From: Eledone cirrhosa | Lineage: Eukaryota | Length of the DNA stretch: 64,000 nucleotides | Assembly (NCBI GenBank): GCA_964016885.1 | Contig: OZ024741.1 | Location: 94,426,001 to 94,490,000 of the forward strand | Direction: 5' to 3' | Part shown: piece by piece, positions 54,869-64,000 of the stretch | Layout: every line of letters begins with the position of its first letter | Numbering within the stretch: position 1 is the stretch's first letter | Position numbers and translations under genes: made by a program | The notes under the pieces: generated by a model | What the model was told of the DNA's origin: nothing | The model's database searches: none | Seen by the model: the letters and a program-made list of their open reading frames with translations, nothing else

Positions 54869-56224
54869 ATTATGTAATAAACAACAAATGTAATATATAT
54901 ATATTTATATATATATATATATATATATTCATTAATCTTTTAGTCAAAGATTAAAATATGATGTATAGAAATATGAATTATATTTCATTAATGCATGTTT
55001 TTTTTTTACTTTTTCTTGTTTTATTTATTTATTTTTGCAGAAACACGTGTCAAAAAAATAAAATGACATAATTATGTTTACTATTTTGTTGCATTGTTCT
55101 TATATACATGCATATATAGTTATATATATGTGTGGATGGGTTTATGTTTTTTTATGTGTGTGTCTGTATATGTTCGTATATGTATCAGGGGCAGAGGAAG
55201 CATTTCTGAATTTGGACAATTTAGTTGTAGTGATTAGTTTACCCCTTTGCACTCTAAAATGGTCAGAAAACTTCTATATGCGATAAATATAACATGTACA
55301 TAAATTGTAGCGCATATCCAAATAGATGTGTGTTTTGGTAGTTTGGGAAGAAAATATAATAATTGGAGGGGGGGGCATGCCCCCCCACCCAGTTCCACCA
55401 CCATTGTATATATATATAATTAAAAAAGAATTATGCTCTGTACCCTTTCCTAAGGGATTAATATATCGAGCTTCTTCGCATTTGGTATGAGACTGGTATT
55501 ATACCCAATTTATTCATCTCCTATATAGACTCCGACGGCAGAGCTCAAGCCATTCTACTACCCAAAGTATCGAGTACTCTGGTGCGTTATGGTCCACCTG
55601 GTTACTTACCACACATCCTTCGTTATATATATATATATATATATATATTATTATTATTATTAGAAAGTGAGGGTTTTTTTACAAAATGAAAAATAACCGA
55701 GGTGTCCTACACGAGTGAAAATATAAAGAAAAAAAGATGAAATCGAAAATGCAACTGGAGTCTTATTTTAAAATATATATATATATTTATTTGGTTCCTT
55801 TACCGGTTTCGCAGTTCTTCTGCTTTTCAAAAGTAGAGTTGAGATGGAGGGTCTGTGGTTTTTCTCACATCTGGTTGGTCTTTGAATGTTACTTGTTTTA
55901 TATGGAAAAAAGTGGCTCGAAACACCAGGTTTTTAGAGAAGTAATTTGATTGGTTGTTCAATAATTATAATAAATTTCGCGCCAGTTCGCGTTACAAAGT
56001 TCTTCAAACAAGGAGGGGGGGGGGGCTTAGGTTGTTTTTTTTTCATATATGAATGTTTGAATTTCTTTTTACTTAAAAAAAATATATATATATATCCGAA
56101 TGTAGGCGGTAAAAACCAGTTAGACCATTACTCACCAGAATACTCGATACTTGGGGTAGTAGAGTGGGTAATATGAAAAATTCAGGACTATATATATATA
56201 TATATATTTATTTATATATATATA

Positions 56225-56415
56225 AACATTCATTTATTATGGCTATTGGTGAGCTTTGTTACCCTAAAGTTTCACCTGCGCACTCACAGGATCAGCAGTC
56301 AGTCTGGTGAGTACACAGATGAGACTCCAGAGTAACAAGGCTTAGCCATAATAAATGAATATTTAAACTCTACTTCGGTATTGAGTTTTCATTCTTACGT
56401 CTGTCAATAATTCAC
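56225..56415. mobile_element. Degenerate foldback pLTR remnant
   Basis: ATTCATTTATTATGGCTA..TTGTTAC versus GTAACAA..TAGCCATAATAAATGAAT; GAAAC..GUA motif on minus. Confidence 0.55.
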
Positions 56416-56418
56416 ATA

Positions 56419-56729
56419 CTCTCAGGTCTTGAATAATCGTCCCCACACCCCGCTTATGCATTCGTCAGATCTCCCTCTCACGAGATTTTATTCCACCCCA
56501 CCTCGCTTATTAAATTTTGTTAATCTATCTCAGGCGAAATTATATTTTAAGTGATTCATATTGATACACCAGCTGGATAATCTAATAATAATTTTATTTA
56601 CATTTTAAAAAAATATTATATATGACAAAAGAACATTACAAGAAATCCAATATTTACAATTACTGATTTCCCAAGTCCCACACATTATTGCTTTATTGCC
56701 ACCCCCTCCTATTATTTGGGACCTGAGAG
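56419..56729. mobile_element. Tc1/mariner-superfamily-like MITE
   Basis: TIR CTCTCAGGTC / GACCTGAGAG, left end in TA context. Confidence 0.55.
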
Positions 56730-57066
56730 TGCCACCCAACTCTCCTCTCTATGTCTACCACACAAAACTCTCTTTTAATCCCCCTCTCTGTATCTACTAA
56801 AACCAAATTCTGCCCCTCTCTATATCTAATACACGGAATTCTCTTCAAATACCCCTCTCTATTTTAATTGACACCAAATTCTCCCCCTCTATATTTACTA
56901 CACGGAATTCTCTTCCTATGTTTCATCGAGATAAGTATTCAATATATTTCTTATTTATGAACGAGAAAAAAAGGAGCAATTAAAAAGACAAAAGCAATTC
57001 ATAATATATGTAAGCTTAATGTGTGTGTATGCAACATGTGATGCGGTAAATAAATATATACATATA

Positions 57067-57325
57067 CACCAGGTCTGAACACAAAGGAGCCAAACTCCCA
57101 CTATCACTGCCTCCGTCTATCCCGCTCTCCCCATTTCTCACTCTTATGAGCAAATGGGGACCCACGAACAGAATAGAAAAGGCGTTTCCCCGGAGGATGG
57201 TGAGGAAGACGCGCTGGAAGAGCAATTCCAGCTCGCGAGGCTCACACTTGCGGGTAGCCTCTCGGAGAGCCGCCGATATTTGGAGAGTTTACCCTCCTCG
57301 GCCCTAAATGCAGCAGAGCCTGGTT
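57067..57325 (-). mobile_element. CRE-like LINE 3' fragment
   Basis: AEEGKLSKYRRLS / LFQRVFLTILRGNAFSIL; homologous to 57636-58139. Confidence 0.75.
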
Positions 57326-57635
57326 TCCTTAAGCTTTCTTTTTACTTTTTCACTTGTATCCCTGTATATATATGTCCAACGTTGTGTTTTGATGTGTAAG
57401 TACAAAGTATCATAATGATAACAATAACAATATATGAGTGTTTACTTCATAAATAAGATTACTACGTTGTTTCAACGACCAGGTTTTACTCAATAATATT
57501 ATGTATGACATTTTACATAACTATTATTATTAAAAGACTACTCATCTCCAAGGAAGTTCATAATATAATTAATGAAGTCTGAAGAAAACATCGTTTTATG
57601 AAAATAGCCCGAAAAAAAAGGAAAAAGGAAAACAG

Positions 57636-58139
57636 TTCTGCAGGCTTCCCCTCCCAGCTCGAGCTGGTGGGGCTGGATCGAGGGGACGGTAAAGGCCAGA
57701 TGGCATGACCATCGTCTGGGATGACACAGGCAGCGACAAATTCTCCAGTAGCAGCTTGGTGCAGTCTGCGACAAACCCAGGCTCTTCTGCACTTCGGGCT
57801 GAGGAGGGTAAACTCTCCAAGTATCGGTTACTCTCCGATAGGTTTGCAGCCGAGTCCCTAGCAGTGGAGACTTCTGATGTCCTTGCCCCTAGGGCTACCT
57901 CCCTACTCACCACCATAGGCGCTGAGCTGGCTAGCCGCAGGTGTGAGCCTCACGAGATTGAATGGCTCTTCCAGCGCATCTCCCTCGCCATCCTCCGGGA
58001 AAACGCCTTCTCTGTTCTGTCCGCGTGGGGCGGCCAGCGCGTGGGACCCCATTTGCTCATAATAGTGAGAGATGGGGAGGGCAAGGGAGATGGTGGCGAT
58101 GACAGTGGGAGTTTGGCTCCTCTGTATTCAGACCTGGTG
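57636..58139 (+). mobile_element. CRE-like RLE LINE 3' fragment
   Basis: GLDRGDG..PDGMTIVWDDT..AEEGKLSKY..AVET..IG..WLFQRISLAILRENAFSV. Confidence 0.8.
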
Positions 58140-58479
58140 TACGTATGTGCTGCACACTGCTATTAGAAATCCAAGTATTTTTTTCCATCTTTACATCCGA
58201 AAATCAACCCTACTGTTTTTATCTGTACATAGGAGGCAATAGTAGACAGCGTGTTTACACATTATTCTTTTCACAGCGTGGCTTGTAATTCAAAATCTTT
58301 AGTTGCATCAACATTATATTATCCTAAGTCATTTAATATATGTTGTATACACTGCTTAACACAGGGACAGGATTTGGCACAATGGAGATGGTGTATTAAA
58401 ATAAGTAGAAGCCAGGATGCACTCCACTACTCTCTCCTTATCCAATCGACTTTCCCTTGTGCCTAAAATATTATAACTA

Positions 58480-58822
58480 CGTCCCTTTACGTTCCGAGTT
58501 CAAATCTTTGTCTTTCATCCTGACAGAGTCGATAAAATATAGTACCAGTAATCCCCTCCCCCAAAATGGTTGGCTTTGCGCTTAAATCCGAAACCATTAT
58601 TTAGTGGAGGTGAATTTACAATATCCGTAGAACGTCAGACAGCATGATTTGTGGAATAGAGTTGCGGCCCTTTAAGTTCTGAATTCAAATCCCACCGAGA
58701 TTAGCTTTGCCTTTCATCCTTATGGAGTTGATAAAATAAAGTACCAGTCACACACTGGAGTCGATTTAATTGACTTTCCCCTCCCCGAAAATTGCTGACC
58801 TTGTGCCTATAGTAGAAACCAT
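58480..58822 (+). mobile_element. SINE family 1 copies, plus strand
   Basis: GAGTTCAAAT..TTTCATCC..GATAAAATAAAGTACCAG..CTTGTGCCTATAGTAGAAA. Confidence 0.75.
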
Positions 58823-58970
58823 TTTAGTAATCTTTTATTGTTGCTACTATTTTTCCCCTCAGTATTATTATTTTATATAATTTGCGTAATTTTCATATAA
58901 TCTATTGTGTATGGGTTCATGTTGAACTTGCATGTTCTTATACCCTGTGTTTTGTTTCATTAATTTTATG

Positions 58971-59005
<35 letters not shown>

Positions 59006-59544
59006 CCACATATTTTGTTTGCATTGTAATTTGCTACTACAGAGAAAACTATTTTTCTGTTTTAGTCTGAATGATCTAAAGCTCCCTATTAACACAAAAC
59101 TATCAAACGAGCAAATAGCGTTTTCGCTGCTCTCCCGCTCACACTCGTATCCTTTTTGTACGTAAAATCCCTCTATATTTCTTTCCTTTTCAAAGTTAAC
59201 CACTTGTACAAAACCACAGAATAAACTTCAGACAACTAATGTAATGTAAAAAATTCCATATAAACATGAAAATTATATATTTCATAACACAAATTGTTCA
59301 ATCGAACATACAAGTAAAATATTTTCGCGCCGACTAAACATGCATTTACAAGGATAACAACACAATACAGTATACACAATAGAGTTAGAAAATTATTAGT
59401 TGTCTAGTATTACAATTCTATATAAGAATCCAACAAAAGATTATGAAAACAGTATATCTGCAGATACACTAACAAATCAAATAACATACAAATACAATGC
59501 ACGTGAAATAAGGAAATTTTAATCATTTCATAATTTCTTGTTAA

Positions 59545-59710
59545 ACCTATGGCAGTGGGGACTCTGGCGTTCTTGCTGCCTATGCCACATACACTGCCAT
59601 TGGAGCGGAGTTGGTCACCCGCAGGAGCGAGCTTTGTGAGTTGGAACGGCTATTTCAATGTCTCTCACTTGCTATCCTCCGGGGTGATATTCTCCATTCT
59701 ATCCTGTGAG
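59545..59710 (+). mobile_element. Degraded CRE-like fragment
   Basis: Similar to 57860-58010 (LFQCLSLAILRG). Confidence 0.55.
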
Positions 59711-60080
59711 ACCACGAGGTGACTTGCTCCTGGGTTTCTACACGCAAGAGAGCGCTCTGCCACACGGTCAGAGTTTGTATCATTGGAGTAGCAATGATTG
59801 AGTATTCTTTCTCAGAAAGTCATTTATATAAATTACATTTTTTTCTACTTTACCATTATTAATTCCGGCATTAAAGAGTTTACTTTCATTCCCAAAATTT
59901 TGGAATGAAGGTAAAATCTTCAATTTTACAAAGGATGCCAACAACGCAGCGTTAATAACAAGATTTTAGAATGGTGGTGAGGACAAGAAGCTCTTGAAGC
60001 GTTGATAGATGTAATATATTTAGCAACATCACTGTGCCAAGCTAAATATTAGAAAAAAGGGAAAAGAAAATATGAAAAAT

Positions 60081-60129
<49 letters not shown>

Positions 60130-60483
60130 TCTCTCTCTCTCTCTTACTCTCTCTCTCTCTTACTCTCTCTCTCTCTTACTCTCTCTCTCTCTCTCTTGTG
60201 TGGGGGAAATAATGAATGGAAAAAGAAATCAACACACACAGCGGACATTAAAAATATTAACGGATTAATTGATCTGTGGATTACCAATGATTCTAACTCT
60301 TATTCCTATCGCAGCTGAACAGTTAGGCGCGTTCTTTTACATCTAAAGAAACCAATAGTAATGCACAGATTAATCATGTTTTAATACACATACACGCATG
60401 GACACGGATGAACACACACACAAATACACACACACACAGACATACACACACACACAAACACACATATATATATGCATATAATT

Positions 60484-60832
60484 GTCTCTACTTTTGGCAC
60501 AAGGCCAGCAATTATCAGTGCATTACTGGTACTTTATTTTATCGACTCCGTAAGGATGAAAGGCAAAGTTAACCTCGGCGGGATTTGAACTCAGATCATA
60601 CAGGGAGGTAACTCTATGCTTCAAAGCATGGCGTCCGACCCTCTACCGATACTGCCAATCCACCGCCTAATATATATACATATAATAATGATTTCTACGA
60701 TAGGCACAAGGCCACCAATTTGGGGAGGGGCAAAAGCCGATTAAATCGATCCCAGAACTTACTGATGCTTTATTTTGTCGACCCCGTAAGGATGAAAGAG
60801 AAAGTTGACATCGGTGGAATTTTAACTCAGAA
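60484..60832 (-). mobile_element. SINE family 1 pair (short variant + partial long variant)
   Basis: as the other copies. Confidence 0.82.
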
Positions 60833-60991
60833 ATGGACATGCATGGGCCTGTGTGTATGCATTTGAGAATATGTATGGATGTGTATATGCCTGTGCGTAT
60901 GTAGTTCTCCAAGAGATGGCAACATGAATGGACCTATTATTTTTCTCTAAAAACATTTTTCCAATTCCACCCCATCCGTCCCTTCAATCTT

Positions 60992-61026
60992 TCTTCTGAT
61001 GAAAGACTAGCGTCCGAAACGTTAAG
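60992..61026 (+). ncRNA. Minimal hammerhead motif of Penelope-type pLTR remnant (60905-61120)
   Basis: CUU-CUGAUGA-AAGAC-UAGC-GUCC-GAAAC-GUU-AAG; palindromic AACGUU. Confidence 0.6.
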
Positions 61027-61133
61027 TCCCTCTTCCTGCTATTTCAACCGTTAATCTAATATATTCCTTCCATATACTGTACGAATTGTGTTGTTATTTC
61101 TGTTTACCTTTTACGCAAATATATATATATATA

Positions 61134-61196
61134 TCTGTAAGAGCATAGAGTGCTCAACCGGCATACCGCCTATGGGAGCATCTTAGCTACCATCAG

Positions 61197-61208
<12 letters not shown>
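61134..61208 (-). mobile_element. Second copy of the 20405 family (5' half)
   Basis: Reverse complement GTGTGTCTGATGGTAGCTAAGATGC..GCTCTTACAGA. Confidence 0.75.
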
Positions 61209-61254
<46 letters not shown>

Positions 61255-61255
61255 G

Positions 61256-61321
<66 letters not shown>

Positions 61322-61345
61322 TATATATGTGTGTGTGTGTGTGTA

Positions 61346-61392
<47 letters not shown>

Positions 61393-62161
61393 CTATATAT
61401 ACGTGTTTGTACATGACTGTGCATATAAGCATAATACCCGCAGGTATGCGAATGTGCTTGTGTGTGGATACTGTACCAACTCATCAATCTACCTACTCAT
61501 TCACATTCTCTCGAATTGATTTATTTATTCATGTATTTCTATGTAAAACCTTCTAAAACTCCCCAGTATACTTCTGTGTGCTTGTGTGTATGGAGTATAC
61601 ATACACATAATACATACACTTTATCACTGATTACCAACCCATATTATCCACTTTTCCTATAGGATAAAATAAAATAATAAGATACTTGTTCATATTATCT
61701 TATTTTATTCTATTTACCAATTTACTTAACTATTTGCTCATTTTCTTCTATATAACACAATTTTTAATTTTATTATTTTCTTTAAAATACTATTTCAGCT
61801 TCTTAGCTCTGTCTTTACATAATCTTAGCTCTCACCCCCTCCACTCCCTATTCCAATCACCATTATACCCCCTTCTCCTCCTACTCCACCCATACCCACT
61901 AACGACTCCTATCCCCACCCACACTACTTCCTTCTCATGACCCTAGCCTGTCCAAATACACTTAACATTCTCTGCTCCCCCACCCCCCACATATACACAC
62001 ATTTTCTCCATCAGCCCTGTTTACTACAATGATAAATTTGACCAAAGCGCTACTAAGACTAGTAACCTATTTTTACACACTCTACAAATATTACTTCACC
62101 CTTAAAAAGGCTTACTGACACACAAGCCGAAACCACTTTGCGCCACTGTTGGGGTTTTACA

Positions 62162-62283
<122 letters not shown>

Positions 62284-62610
62284 CATACATATACATATGT
62301 GTATCTCACGCACTTGATTTTCTGCCTTGGGTCCAGTGTGCCAAATGGACTCAACTCTTCTTCACATTTCCTCTAATCTATATTTATTCCTGCACACATG
62401 TGGTCGTGCGTGCTTCTATACACCTAGCCACTATCACCCCTACCTCATTTGTTGTCACACGAGCACATCCATTTACCCTTCGAGTTTCCTACGATCAGAG
62501 ACACACACCCTCACAGCTCTGTACGGACCAACGACAAACATGCACACACACACATACGCATACTCTTAACCTTATACACACATATATCCTCACAGATTCG
62601 TACAAACGAG

Positions 62611-62703
<93 letters not shown>

Positions 62704-62958
62704 TGTACATACTTAAACGCATGCATATCTACTCTAAATACAAAAAATATTTTTTTTCCTCTTCAGCACGATATAAGACACGTTTGATCACATCCTTTCA
62801 AAAGACGACCAACTGAACTTTCTAAACCATTAAATGCTCCTGTCAACAGTTTTCCAAGAGATGGCGAAATGATCTGCTTTTTCTCGAAGCATTTTTTACA
62901 TTTCTACCCCTTCTCACTCTCCTCTATCTTTCTATTTCTTCTTTAATTTTTCATTCTA

Positions 62959-62990
62959 TTTTCTGATGAAGGACTTCCGAAACGTTAAGA
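62959..62990 (+). ncRNA. Minimal hammerhead motif, second copy of the 60905 family (62850-63075)
   Basis: UUUU-CUGAUGA-AGGA-CU-UCC-GAAAC-GUU-AAGA. Confidence 0.55.
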
Positions 62991-63126
62991 TTTGTCCTAC
63001 TATATTAAGCGTGAAACTAATATATATCTTCATTGTACTTCGTCTCTTGTGTTTTATCCGTTTGCTTTTCGCATACATGTATATAGATATATATACTCAC
63101 TCACACACACACAGAAACACATATGA

Positions 63127-63158
<32 letters not shown>

Positions 63159-63199
63159 CTTTCTTTTTATTTGCCACCAGAGATAGATAGATAGATAGA

Positions 63200-64000
63200 T
63201 TTCTTTATTTACCATAAAGGCATAAAAAGAAGGGACAAATACAAAGGGGGAGTTTACATATAATCGAGTAAAAAGGGTGTAACATGAAAATAATCGAAAA
63301 TAACCTCAAAAGGGAGGGGACGTGATGGGGGTTGCACACACCCCCGAAAAAGTGTGCAATCCTTTGCCCGGGGAGCACATGGAGAAGGTGTTCCCCTCTC
63401 CTTTACTTCTTTACCTACAGGATGGTATACAGAGAAGGCCCATTTACACGAGCCATTCTCGCCACTATCACCCACCTTTCATAAAACTGCCTGTGGCCAA
63501 GCACCTCTCTCTCCATTCTTATCCTTCTTCCGAAGTGATATCGGAAGAAGTAGACCAGACTATGGCCAGAGAGGAAGTTGCCTGACCTCAGACCTTTCAA
63601 TCGTGTCCACCAAACAACCTCTTTCAACATGGCTATTACGCACAGAAAAACCGCCTTTGCTTCCTTTGTGAAGAGGGGAGGCGGTTTGATTGTCATCACG
63701 GACTCGGCGGTCAATTTAATCGGCGCCACCCGCGACAGCAGTTGTTCGGCGTAGCCCCACAGATCAGCCACGCCCGGACATTGCACCAATGCGTGCGCCA
63801 CGGTTTCTTCGTGACGCACGCATCTAGGGCAAATCTTTTTTGAGGGATCCCTGCCCGGGCGCCCGTGTCTGTAGAGCCTCTCTCGAACGGGTAGAGCCCC
63901 TCGGTAGCACTGCCAGGCCAGTGACTTCTGGAAGTTGTCCATTGGTCCTGGGCCGAAAGTCCTACCGAACAGGCTGGCCAGTTCGTCTTCTTCCATGTCC
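63200..64000 (-). mobile_element. Tx1-like LINE, near-identical to 824-3704, runs off window end
   Basis: ORF 63415..63996 differs from the first copy by one residue (R/Q); same 3' end abutting (TCTA)n. Confidence 0.95.

Noticed and set aside
62097-62156. Hammerhead-like CUUAAAA-GGCUU/AAGCC-GAAAC..GUU-GGGG
   Set aside because: Core 5' half deviates at essential positions; at best a decayed pLTR remnant

Overview
AT-rich eukaryotic repeat-dominated DNA with no confident host gene. Its microsatellite load and tRNA-derived SINE families suggest a coleoid cephalopod such as Octopus (inference). It is a mosaic of microsatellites and of mobile elements whose ends lie in specific microsatellites. 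(i) A young L1/Tx1-clade LINE family, with intact 3' ends abutting (TCTA)n. (ii) R4/Dong-like restriction-endonuclease LINEs in (CATA)n. (iii) An RTE LINE with C-terminal C2H2 fingers, and a bipartite non-autonomous RTE derivative, in (TATG)n. (iv) Two Penelope-like elements and about a dozen short Penelope pLTR/hammerhead remnants in (TA)n. (v) CRE-like 3' fragments, mariner and hAT MITEs, and two SINE families. The most striking unexplained pattern is a shared two-arm architecture in the (TA)n insertions. Several unrelated families show two 3'-end fragments joined head-to-head, one ending at an internal point P1 and the other at a downstream tail end P2. Several of their hammerhead motifs have greatly extended stem II (39-193 nt). 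Almost all short ORFs in the track are microsatellite artefacts.
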